A stretch of 32,000 nt of DNA from Candidatus Korarchaeum cryptofilum OPF8 (lineage in GTDB: Archaea; Korarchaeota; Korarchaeia; Korarchaeales; Korarchaeaceae). Both the position numbers and the translations under genes were made by a program. Positions within the stretch are counted from its first letter, which is position 1. Every line of letters starts with the position of its first letter. Below, one piece after another: positions 7,872 to 16,009 of the stretch. The DNA lies in NCBI RefSeq assembly GCF_000019605.1, contig NC_010482.1, positions 540,001 through 572,000 of the forward strand, in the 5' to 3' direction. Below the pieces are notes generated by a model. It was not told where the DNA came from. It made no database searches and saw nothing but the letters and a program-made list of their open reading frames with translations.

Positions 7872-8756
7872 ATGAGGGACCTGGGCAGGAGGTCTCTGAT
7901 CTCCATAGGTAGCTCCTATGCCGTGACGCTGCCCAAGGACTGGGTGAGGAGAGTAGAAGGAGGGAAGGTCAGGATAGTGGAGGGTTCCTCCGGAGAGCTC
8001 ATAATTCTCCCAGCTAAGGAGCCCACCTCTAAGGTATCTATAGATCTTAGAGGTATTGAGGAGGGGCTATGGGAGATAATAGCCGCTTATCTAGATGGGT
8101 ACGATGAGATAGAGGTGAGGAAGGAGAGGATAAAGAGGGAGGATCTGGAAACTCTCAGGAAAGCATTATCGAAGCTAATAGGGATGGAGATACTCGAGGA
8201 AGGGTCCTCAAGGATCCTCCTGAGGTGCCTCATGAATCACTCGAGCGCCAAGCCGATGGAACTACTCCTGAGGATGAAGAGCATCATCTCCGGGATGATC
8301 TCGGATCTAAGGGATGCGATAGCTGAGGGTGATAGGGAGCTGATGTCAATAGTGGCTGAGAGGGACGATGAAGTTGATAAGATATACTTCGCTCTAGTCA
8401 GGAGCATCAGGAGGGCTATGAGGAGCCCCGAGATAATGGGGATGTTAGGGGCTGATCCCATAAATCTGCTGGATATGAGGATAGCAGCTATGATAATGGA
8501 ACTCATAGCTGATAATATAGTTGAGCTAGCTCAATCGGACTGCTATTGCATCGATCTGTTGAGGGAGATCTCCGACTTATTCGATAGGGGGGTCAGGTCC
8601 TTCGAGCTGAAGGATTTCAGGGAGGCTTTGGAGGTCAGGGAGAGGGTGAATGAGATAATCAGAGATATGCCAGCTGAGAAATCCCTGCTCCCACTCATAA
8701 ATATCCTCTTCAGGATAGAGGATCTCTGCGATTTAGTGAGCCCTAGGTTCTTATAA
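7872..8756 (+). CDS. AbrB/SpoVT-domain plus PhoU-domain regulator (archaeal PhoU homolog)
   Basis: The N-terminus SIGSSYAVTLPKDWVRR is a SpoVT/AbrB swapped-hairpin motif. The remaining roughly 220 aa are helical with two PhoU-like repeats (ERDDEVDKIYFALVRSI...). Total length is 294 aa. Confidence 0.65.
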   Translation: MRDLGRRSLISIGSSYAVTLPKDWVRRVEGGKVRIVEGSSGELIILPAKEPTSKVSIDLRGIEEGLWEIIAAYLDGYDEIEVRKERIKREDLETLRKALSKLIGMEILEEGSSRILLRCLMNHSSAKPMELLLRMKSIISGMISDLRDAIAEGDRELMSIVAERDDEVDKIYFALVRSIRRAMRSPEIMGMLGADPINLLDMRIAAMIMELIADNIVELAQSDCYCIDLLREISDLFDRGVRSFELKDFREALEVRERVNEIIRDMPAEKSLLPLINILFRIEDLCDLVSPRFL

Positions 8757-8783
8757 ATTGAGCGGTTGATGTAGGGGGAAAGC

Positions 8784-9302
8784 ATGGAGGAGTGCCTCAA
8801 CTTGCTCCTGACTAGGAGGAGCGTGAGGAAGTTCGAGGATAGGGAAGTTGGGGATGAAGTTATCGAGAGGGTCTTGGATGTGGCGAGATACGCTCCCAGC
8901 GCGAGGAACTCCCAACCGTGGGAATTCATCATAGTAAGGGATAAGAGGGTAATAGAGGAGCTCGGGAAAATTCATAGATATGCTTATCCTTTGAGGAACG
9001 CACCTCTAGCTTTAGTGATCCTGTGCGATCCCAGGGAGTCACCGACATCTTATATAGCTGATTGCGCTAACGTGACGACTTATATAATGCTAGCAGCACA
9101 CGCCCTCGGGCTCGGAACCGTTTGGATACAGAGCTTGAGGGATGTGGAGAGGGTGAACGAGATAGTGGGGGCTCCCAAGGGTAAAGTGCCCGTCGCCGTA
9201 TTAGCAGTGGGATGGCCCGCTGAAGCCCCCAGCCCGCCGAGGAGGAAGGAACTCAGCGAGATAACTCACCTGAATAAGTATGGGGAGAGGTGGAAGCCGT
9301 GA
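8784..9302 (+). CDS. Nitroreductase-family FMN oxidoreductase
   Basis: RRSVRKFEDREV and APSARNSQPWEFIIV are classic nitroreductase N-terminal motifs. Length is 172 aa. Confidence 0.8.
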   Translation: MEECLNLLLTRRSVRKFEDREVGDEVIERVLDVARYAPSARNSQPWEFIIVRDKRVIEELGKIHRYAYPLRNAPLALVILCDPRESPTSYIADCANVTTYIMLAAHALGLGTVWIQSLRDVERVNEIVGAPKGKVPVAVLAVGWPAEAPSPPRRKELSEITHLNKYGERWKP

Positions 9303-9868
9303 GGAAGCTACCGATAAGCTTCTTTCACCTCCTATCATATCCGAAGAACTCGATCCTAGTGACAAGCGAGGATAGGGAGGGGAGAGCTAACGCCATGGCA
9401 GCAGCCTGGCACACGCCCCTGAGCGTGAACCCTCCGTCCTACGGTGTAGCTATAAGCCCTAAAAGAGCTACATATAAGCTTATAGTTGAGAGCGGGAGGT
9501 TCGGGATAAATTTCCTCCCATTCGAGCTCCTCGATTCCCTTCACACGTGCGGCAGGACATCTTTCAATGAACTGGGGGAGGAGAAGATAAGGAGGGCTGG
9601 GATAAACCCGATTAGAGGGGAATTCGGGGCATATATACTGCAGGAAGCATATGTATCTTTCGAATGCTCACTCGAAGATATAGTGAAGGTCGGAGATCAC
9701 GATCTCTTCATAGGGGAGGTCAGGTCCCTCTACTTGAGGGGGGAGCTGAGGGGGAACATAATAGATGTAGAGAGGGTTAAGCCGATCCTCTACATGGGGG
9801 AGGATCATTACGTCACCGTAGATTCAAGGTCCCTGAGGAGAGGGAGGATCCTTCAGGGAATCCACTAA
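9290..9868 (+). CDS. Flavin reductase-like (FMN-binding split-barrel) protein
   Basis: GRANAMAAAWHTPLSVNPPSYGVAISPKRATYKLI matches the flavin_reduct domain pattern. The GTG start overlaps the nitroreductase stop by 13 nt, which suggests an operon. Confidence 0.65.
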   Translation: MEAVRKLPISFFHLLSYPKNSILVTSEDREGRANAMAAAWHTPLSVNPPSYGVAISPKRATYKLIVESGRFGINFLPFELLDSLHTCGRTSFNELGEEKIRRAGINPIRGEFGAYILQEAYVSFECSLEDIVKVGDHDLFIGEVRSLYLRGELRGNIIDVERVKPILYMGEDHYVTVDSRSLRRGRILQGIH

Positions 9869-10837
9869 GCCCCTCCAGAAGTTATATTCTTGCTCCGCTC
9901 TCGGGAGCTCAGATCTCTCTAAGTAAGAGTCCCATCTCCTAGCATACTGAAGGAAGAGGGGGTCATCGAACCACTTGCCGAGGAAGTAGAGGAGCCTTAT
10001 GTGGAGCCTATGATAGTTCTCATCAGCCCATCCATGCTTAAGGGAATAGAGGGACCATCTCTCCTTCTCATAATATGGGAGGATCTTCCTTAAGGTCTCT
10101 AGACCATCTTTCAAAGCTTTCTCACTCAAATTATCCCCTATCAACTCATTGTAGAGGGCCAGCCCCTTTAAAGAGAGCATGAACCCGTTCAGAACTAAGT
10201 CATCGGGTGCATTGGAGTACTCCAAGTAGAAAGGTCCGTATTCAGTCTCTAGGACGAACCCGCCTTCCCCATATGGTATTGAGAAGCTTCTAGCTAGACC
10301 TATAGCTGCTTCCAAATACCTTTTATCCCCGAACTTCTTATAAGCGATCGCATAGTAGCCAGCGCCTATCCCCTGAGATATAGAGGAGTTCCAAGGTATT
10401 GATTCCCTCTCCCACGCGAAGTAGAAGTTGAAGAAGCACGAATCCCCCTTCCTCTCCAAGTAACGGAGCATCCAATCCATTATATCCCTGAATTCGCTCC
10501 AATTTTTCCTGTAGAATAGGGCCTCTGTAGCTAAGTTCATAGCATTTATCGGATGGACATTGAACCCCTGGTTGGTTATGTAGACCAGCGGTACCCTGAC
10601 CCCGCTGGGGGCGAACCTCTCGAATAGTTGCGGTTCCTTATAGAGCTTCATATACTCTAGATCGGCCCTTATATCATCTATCAGCTGCTTCATAGCAGCA
10701 TCATTCCCCCTAACTCCATCGAACCTCTTCAACGTGTCCTCAATATCCTTCATCAAGCTCCCGCTACTTTGATCACTCAGCTCCACTACGTTCGTGAACA
10801 GCAGCAGCAGAAGGAGGAGGATGAGGCCTCTCCTCAT
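9824..10837 (-). CDS. Secreted protein resembling the D-glucuronyl C5-epimerase C-terminal (alpha/alpha barrel) family
   Basis: The signal peptide is MRRGLILLLLLLLFTNV. The segments IPWNSSISQGIGAGYYAIAYKKFGDKRYLEAAIGLARSF ... GGFV ... LVLNGFMLSLKGLALY resemble my recollection of the C5-epim_C family pattern. This is not verified by search. Confidence 0.4.
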   Translation of the reverse strand: MRRGLILLLLLLLFTNVVELSDQSSGSLMKDIEDTLKRFDGVRGNDAAMKQLIDDIRADLEYMKLYKEPQLFERFAPSGVRVPLVYITNQGFNVHPINAMNLATEALFYRKNWSEFRDIMDWMLRYLERKGDSCFFNFYFAWERESIPWNSSISQGIGAGYYAIAYKKFGDKRYLEAAIGLARSFSIPYGEGGFVLETEYGPFYLEYSNAPDDLVLNGFMLSLKGLALYNELIGDNLSEKALKDGLETLRKILPYYEKERWSLYSLKHGWADENYHRLHIRLLYFLGKWFDDPLFLQYARRWDSYLERSELPRAEQEYNFWRGLVDSLKDPPSPQGP

Positions 10838-10947
10838 AAGGGTTCATCCACTGAGAATATTAAAAGGGTTGGGATCGATAAGCTGGCGTCGATCTCATCG
10901 TAGCTACTTAATTTTTAAACAGCTGAAGAGGAAGTTCAGGGACCTGC

Positions 10948-11940
10948 ATGGAGCTAGCTGTCAGTACAGAGGAACTAGTGAAGATCTATGAAGGAAAGGT
11001 GAGGGCTTTAGATGGTGTGAGCTTATCAGTAGAACCCGGAAAATCTTTCGCACTCTTAGGGCCGAATGGTGCCGGAAAGACTACGCTCATGCGCATCCTG
11101 ACGACTCAGATAAGACCCACATCCGGAAAGGCCTCTGTCTTCGGTTTCGATGTCGTTCATGAGGGGAGTGAGGTGAGGAAGCTGATAAGCTACGTCCCCC
11201 AGGAGATGAGCGTGTGGACTGATATAAGCGGTTATGAAAACCTCTTGATATACTCAAAAATTTTCGGTATACCGAGGGGCGAGAGGGAGAGGGTAATAGA
11301 GGAGGTCCTGGAGCATATGGGCCTCATTGATGTCAAGGACGATCTCGTTCGCACTTATTCTGGTGGAATGATAAGGAGGCTGGAGATAGCATGCGCTATG
11401 CTAATAAAGCCCAAGATAATGTTCTTAGACGAGCCGACCATAGGGCTCGATCCCGGTGCGAGGAAATCCGTTTGGGAGAGGCTAAATATTTTTAAGAGGG
11501 AGCACGGTGTCACTATATTCTTCAACACGCATTACATGGATGAAGCTGATCTATATTCCGATGAGATAGCGATAATAAACAGGGGGAGGATAGTGGCGAG
11601 AGGCACTGCAGAGGAGCTCAAACGCTCTCTAGGAGGGGAGATGATAACACTGGAGATGAAGGGAAATGATAATCAGGAGATAATTCAGGAGCTCCGAAGT
11701 CTTAGCTTCGTGCTCGATGTAGTCAGTGAGGATGGGAGGCTGAGCATATTAGTCAGGGATGCTGAGAGTACCCTCCCCCAGTTGATAGATTTAGTGAGGA
11801 ACTGGGCTTCCGTAGGGAGGATCTCCATAAATAAGCCGACTCTAGATGATGTATTCCTGAAGTATGCTGGGGAGAGGCTGGAGGGGAGGGGGAGGATAGG
11901 GGAGATCGTGCATGTCCGTCGAATGATAAGGAGGGGATGA
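10948..11940 (+). CDS. ABC transporter ATP-binding protein (ABC-2/DrrA-like)
   Basis: It has Walker A GPNGAGKTT, signature YSGGMIRRL, Walker B IMFLDEPT and an H-loop NTHYMDEA. An extra C-terminal domain of about 100 aa is typical of DrrA-like ATPases. Confidence 0.9.
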   Translation: MELAVSTEELVKIYEGKVRALDGVSLSVEPGKSFALLGPNGAGKTTLMRILTTQIRPTSGKASVFGFDVVHEGSEVRKLISYVPQEMSVWTDISGYENLLIYSKIFGIPRGERERVIEEVLEHMGLIDVKDDLVRTYSGGMIRRLEIACAMLIKPKIMFLDEPTIGLDPGARKSVWERLNIFKREHGVTIFFNTHYMDEADLYSDEIAIINRGRIVARGTAEELKRSLGGEMITLEMKGNDNQEIIQELRSLSFVLDVVSEDGRLSILVRDAESTLPQLIDLVRNWASVGRISINKPTLDDVFLKYAGERLEGRGRIGEIVHVRRMIRRG

Positions 11941-11941
11941 T

Positions 11942-12700
11942 ATGGAAGCCCTCAGGAATATGCTAGTCATGATTGAGCTCGAGCTGAGGAGATTATGGCA
12001 CGATAGGACTGAGATATATTCTAGAGCGGTACAACCGATCCTCTGGTTAGCTGTCTACGGTCCTGTGATGGGGAGAGTGAGGGGAATACCGACGAGCGTG
12101 CCTTACACCGATTTCATAACCCCTGGCGTCATGATACAATCGACTACATTCGTGAGCATATTCTATGGGCTGATGATCGTCTGGGAGAGGGACTCAGGGA
12201 TCCTGAAGAAACTCCTAGTCACACCAGCCTCGAGATATTCGATGGTAATAGGCCGTTCCATGGCCTCGGGCGTTAGAGCCCTCTTCCAAGCTTTAATAAT
12301 CTTACCTGTAGCTCTGATAATCGGTGTACACTTCATCCCAAATCCAGCTCACTTCATTCTAGCCTTCACGATAATCTTCCTGTCCTCGGGAGGCTTCGCC
12401 GCAGTATCTGTGCTAATAGCTTCATTCATGAAGACGAGGGAGAGGTTCATGGGGATAGGTCAGGCTATAGTGATGCCCCTCTTCTTCGCTAGCAACGCTT
12501 TATACCCGATACAGATGATGCCACCGATACTGAGGGAGTTCTCCTCAATCAACCCCCTGAGCTACGTAGTAGATGCTGTCAGAGGGCTGCTAATCACTGG
12601 GGAGCTCTCAAATATCATACTGGATATAGTCGCGATAGCTATATTCGATACCATAATGTTCGTAGCTGCATCCTTGAGCTTCAGGAGGATCATAGAGTGA
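11942..12700 (+). CDS. ABC-2 type transporter permease
   Basis: 252 aa with about 6 TM. It starts 1 nt after the ATPase stop. The loop WERDSGILKKLLVTPASR is typical of ABC-2 permeases. Confidence 0.8.
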   Translation: MEALRNMLVMIELELRRLWHDRTEIYSRAVQPILWLAVYGPVMGRVRGIPTSVPYTDFITPGVMIQSTTFVSIFYGLMIVWERDSGILKKLLVTPASRYSMVIGRSMASGVRALFQALIILPVALIIGVHFIPNPAHFILAFTIIFLSSGGFAAVSVLIASFMKTRERFMGIGQAIVMPLFFASNALYPIQMMPPILREFSSINPLSYVVDAVRGLLITGELSNIILDIVAIAIFDTIMFVAASLSFRRIIE

Positions 12701-12709
12701 GAGGTAATG

Positions 12710-13147
12710 TCAATAATCCGGGAACTTCCACTCCTTTATCCCTATATGAAAGCTCAATAAACCCATTATCCTGTAATTCAAGCCTGGAAGACTCTCCATA
12801 GGATAGAGCCAATAGTTATCCAAGAGGCCCTTGAGCTCATCTATAAATGGTCCTTTAGTTAAACTCGTATTGATGGAGAAACTCCTATTACTGATTCCCC
12901 CACTCTCATCTATTTCATAGAAGAGGCTCACAAGTAGGTAATCCTTCCCCTCAGGGATTCCTCTGATGTCAGCTCGAAACTGATCCCCGAACTTCAGCTT
13001 GCTCCTAGGTGTGAGTATGACCCCGGAATCCCCCTCCCAAACGTGAGTAAGTCGAGTTTTCGAAGCTTCATTATGATAAATAGAGAAAACTGAGATATGG
13101 AAGTTTTCGTAAAAATCTTGATAGAAATTATAGAAATAACGGTTCAT
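12710..13147 (-). CDS. Hypothetical protein, paralog A of an unrecognised family (paralog B is 16010..16375)
   Basis: 145 aa. It shares the blocks TPRSK(L/I)K, YLLV(S/N)LFY, FSINT, LNYRI.G.LS and a C-terminal GIKEWKF with the 121 aa ORF at 16010..16375. Conservation between the two copies supports that both are real genes. Confidence 0.6.
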   Translation of the reverse strand: MNRYFYNFYQDFYENFHISVFSIYHNEASKTRLTHVWEGDSGVILTPRSKLKFGDQFRADIRGIPEGKDYLLVSLFYEIDESGGISNRSFSINTSLTKGPFIDELKGLLDNYWLYPMESLPGLNYRIMGLLSFHIGIKEWKFPDY

Positions 13148-13214
13148 TATGCTAAAAAGCCTAAGATATTTGTGATATTACTAAAAATAAATTTAGTATT
13201 TCTCGGTCGTATAG

Positions 13215-13679
13215 ATGAAGCCTTTGCAATTACAGGGTGCAAACCTTCGGGAAACCTTTATAACTGGTGTATTCATATACTGGTATATGTTCAGACCGGT
13301 TCATGGATTGCTGCTGGATGCTCTGCTATCCAGCCCCAGAGGGAGCTCGGTGAATGCTCTAGCTAATCGCCTAAGGGGGAAAGTAGCGAGATCTATAGTC
13401 CTGAGGGAAGTCAGGAAGTTAGCCGAGATGGGACTCGTTGAGATCTCTGAGGACTCGAGGCACAAGCAGAGGAAGATAATCCTTCCCAATGAGGACTTAG
13501 TTCATCTATCGAGCAAGCTCATCGAGATGAGGAGCGAAGGAGATGCCTTAACTGGCATCAGTAGGATGATCTCCCTCCTCAGGGATGCTAAGAGGAGACA
13601 CTCGAACAGGCACCTGATAGATTACCTGAAGTACAGGATCAAGGAAGAATTCTCCGCCATTTTGGAGGTGATAGAGTGA
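13215..13679 (+). CDS. Small winged-helix transcription regulator (ArsR/MarR-like)
   Basis: The wHTH core is LLDALLSSPRGSSVNALANRLRGKVARSIVLREVRKLAEMGLVEISEDSRHKQRKIILP. The start is ambiguous: ATG 13215 (track) or ATG 13287 (MFRPVHGLLLDALL), which is preceded by the TATA-like CCTTTATAAC about 25 nt upstream. The gene is divergent from paralog A. Confidence 0.6.
   Translation: MKPLQLQGANLRETFITGVFIYWYMFRPVHGLLLDALLSSPRGSSVNALANRLRGKVARSIVLREVRKLAEMGLVEISEDSRHKQRKIILPNEDLVHLSSKLIEMRSEGDALTGISRMISLLRDAKRRHSNRHLIDYLKYRIKEEFSAILEVIE
13224..13243. promoter_or_regulatory. Inverted repeat TTTGCA-N8-TGCAAA in the divergent paralog-A / wHTH control region
   Basis: TTTGCA at 13224-13229 pairs with TGCAAA at 13238-13243. 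It is immediately followed by the direct repeats AAACCTT (13241-13247) and AAACCTT (13252-13258), 11 nt apart, and by the TATA-like CCTTTATAAC. It is a plausible operator, untested. Confidence 0.3.
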
Positions 13680-13822
13680 GTGAGAAGGTAGTTTTGAGAG
13701 TTGAGAGCATTGAGAAAGCGGTGGAACTTTTCATGGACCTTCAGAGGAGATATCCCATGAGAACGATAGAGGTGTACGTCCATGGATGTAGTGATAACGA
13801 GCGACAGGACGATGATAACTGA
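13676..13822 (+). CDS. Candidate micro-ORF (48 codons) between the wHTH and radical SAM genes
   Basis: GTG at 13676 is preceded by a perfect GGAGGTGA (13664-13671). The translation is (M)SEKVVLRVESIEKAVELFMDLQRRYPMRTIEVYVHGCSDNERQDDDN, with stop TGA at 13820-13822. It overlaps the wHTH stop by 4 nt and the rSAM start by 41 nt. It is below the track length cut-off and has no homology support. Confidence 0.25.
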   Translation: MSEKVVLRVESIEKAVELFMDLQRRYPMRTIEVYVHGCSDNERQDDDN

Positions 13823-15251
13823 TCACCATGGTAAGGAGTTCATAGGCTTCATGACGACAGCTCCCCCGATATTCCTCCCGGAGAAGATATGGATGAGCAT
13901 AGCGGCACCGAAGATCAAAGTGAATGAGATTGGTGAGCCCTGTCAAGCTCCGTACGGCCTGAGGAAGATAGAAGCGGCCCTACTAGATGCTGGAATAGAT
14001 GCAGCTGTCATAGATCCAGATCACTTATTGAAGCATCCTGAGGCGAGAGTAGTGGCTATAGGTCATCACGATTACTTCGCTTTTGGCCCTCCCAGTAGCG
14101 AGTGGTGGGTGCTCACAGGGAAGGAGCCAGTTAACGCTAGGAGCTTCAGGAGGTTCATGGAGAGCAAGGAGATGGAGTACTTCAGGAGGAAGGGGGCTAA
14201 GATAGTGGTAGGGGGACCTGCGGCGTGGCAGTGGCTCTACAAACCCGAGCTGATAGAGAGATGGGGGATCACTACGATAGTAGATGGGGAGGGGGAGAAG
14301 GTAATAGTGGATGTCGTCAGGAAGATATTGGACGGGGAGGAGCCGCCCAAACTAATACAGGTCGGGGTAGATGAAGTCCCCTCGCTGGATGAGATACCCC
14401 TGATAAAGAAGCCTTCAGTGAACGGGCTCGTTGAGGTCTCGAGGGGATGCCCCAGGGGGTGTAGATTCTGCTCGGTCACCCTCAGGCCTCTGAGGCATTA
14501 CACCCTAGATATGATATCAGAGGAGATAGATGTAAACTTGAGGGGAGGGGTGAGGGGGGTCATACTGCACTCAGATGATGTCCTCCTCTACGGTTCCAGG
14601 GGCGTATACCCTGACGAGAGGTCCCTCCTCAAGCTACATGAACTCGTCAAGAGTAAGAAAGTCAACATAGCCTGGAGCCACTTCAGCCTCTCTGCAGTCA
14701 AGTACGCTGAGGAGAACTTCAAGTTGGTGAGTAGGATAAGCGAGATGTTCGGTGATTACTACAAGGGAGTTGAGGTCGGTATAGAGACGGGGAGCGTGAG
14801 ATTAGCTGAGAAGATAATGCCGGCTAAAGCCCTCCCATACAGCGTGAAAGATTGGAGGAATGTAGTTATAGATGCCTTCTCCATAATGCACGATGCCAAG
14901 ATAGTCCCAGCGGCCACTCTGATAACTGGGATACCGGAGGAGAGACCCGAGGATACTATAGCCTCCATAGAGCTGGTCGAGGATTTGAGGGATTTCAGGA
15001 GCTTGATAGTCCCGATGTACTTCGTCCCTATGGGCTTGCTGAGGGGGGAGAGCTGGTACAAGAGGGAACCGACTGAGGAGCAGCTCGAACTGATGAGAGT
15101 ATGCCTAAGGCATGATATCAAGTGGCTCGATGATATCTTCAGTTGGTACGCTAAGGACATGAACCCCCTGGTCAGGAGGCTCATCTCCCTATTCCTCTCG
15201 ATGGTTAAGAGGGCATCTAGAGGCTTCGTGGAGGTAGCTCAAGAGCTCTGA
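13782..15251 (+). CDS. Radical SAM enzyme with an N-terminal B12-binding-like (Rossmann-type) domain
   Basis: The CxxxCxxC motif is in VEVSRGCPRGCRFCSV, about 225 aa into the protein. The N-terminal MDVVITSDRTMI...YGLRKIEAALLDAGIDAAVID...VVAIGHHD...KIVVGGPAA resembles the B12-binding-domain class of rSAM proteins. An SD-like GAGGTG sits 7 nt upstream of the ATG. Substrate is unknown. Confidence 0.7.
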   Translation: MDVVITSDRTMITDHHGKEFIGFMTTAPPIFLPEKIWMSIAAPKIKVNEIGEPCQAPYGLRKIEAALLDAGIDAAVIDPDHLLKHPEARVVAIGHHDYFAFGPPSSEWWVLTGKEPVNARSFRRFMESKEMEYFRRKGAKIVVGGPAAWQWLYKPELIERWGITTIVDGEGEKVIVDVVRKILDGEEPPKLIQVGVDEVPSLDEIPLIKKPSVNGLVEVSRGCPRGCRFCSVTLRPLRHYTLDMISEEIDVNLRGGVRGVILHSDDVLLYGSRGVYPDERSLLKLHELVKSKKVNIAWSHFSLSAVKYAEENFKLVSRISEMFGDYYKGVEVGIETGSVRLAEKIMPAKALPYSVKDWRNVVIDAFSIMHDAKIVPAATLITGIPEERPEDTIASIELVEDLRDFRSLIVPMYFVPMGLLRGESWYKREPTEEQLELMRVCLRHDIKWLDDIFSWYAKDMNPLVRRLISLFLSMVKRASRGFVEVAQEL

Positions 15252-15832
15252 AATTTGTATATTTTGGATCCCATCAGCATGCTGTTCGGTATCATCACAA
15301 CGCTCTTATCATCCCTCTCGATTACTGTGAACATAGTGCTTATGTCCCTGACGACCCCTGTCTCATTGGACACAGTTATCCTGTCCCCTATTGAGATAGG
15401 CCTCGTAACGAGCACTATCAGGCCTGCGACTCCCTGCCCTATTATCTGCTGACTAGCCTGACCTATCACGATCCCTATGAACCCTCCTAAAGCCACACCA
15501 GCCGCTCCTCCAGCGACAGCTCCCGCTATACCTGAGAGGAGCGATCCTACACCAATTATCTTTATTACGCTCCTCACAGCTCCAGCCGTTCCCTCCTCGT
15601 ACTTCAGCCTGATCGACCAGTAAGCGAAATCGGAGAGGGAGCTCACTATCATGTAGCCAAGGAGTAGCGTTATACCCACGGAGAGATATACATAATATTT
15701 TTCTAATGTCTCACTAATCCCCGGGAATATAGATGGTATTGTGACGAAAACAATAGAATTTATCAGGAAGTATAGGAATGTCCATAAGAAGATGGAAGCT
15801 ATACTCCTCCTCAACTGCCCCTTCATAGCCAT
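15239..15832 (-). CDS. Short MscS-family mechanosensitive channel homolog
   Basis: It has three N-terminal TMs followed by the MscS beta-domain signature TRPISIGDRITVSNETGVVRDISTMFTVIERDDKSVVMIPNSMLMGSKIYKF. Its 3' end overlaps the rSAM gene convergently by 13 nt. Confidence 0.7.
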   Translation of the reverse strand: MAMKGQLRRSIASIFLWTFLYFLINSIVFVTIPSIFPGISETLEKYYVYLSVGITLLLGYMIVSSLSDFAYWSIRLKYEEGTAGAVRSVIKIIGVGSLLSGIAGAVAGGAAGVALGGFIGIVIGQASQQIIGQGVAGLIVLVTRPISIGDRITVSNETGVVRDISTMFTVIERDDKSVVMIPNSMLMGSKIYKFQSS

Positions 15833-16009
15833 CGCCAGCTCAATGCCGCTACTTCGATTTAGCTATTCATTTAAGTCCATCGATCCCCGAGCTCGAACTC
15901 CTGATACGGAAATACTCTTTAATGATATTTGATCATAAAATTCTTCTACATTTTCATCCGAAATTCATGTAAAATAATGAAGCTAAAAATGGACTCCGCT
16001 TCTACAGAG

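Noticed and set aside
12721-12743. A 23-nt exact match (GGAACTTCCACTCCTTTATCCCT) also present at 16024-16046, considered as terminal repeats of a mobile element
   Set aside because: Both copies lie inside the paralog genes and encode the conserved C-terminal GIKEWKF with the genome-preferred codons. No transposase, integrase or target-site duplication is visible. Paralogy is a sufficient explanation.
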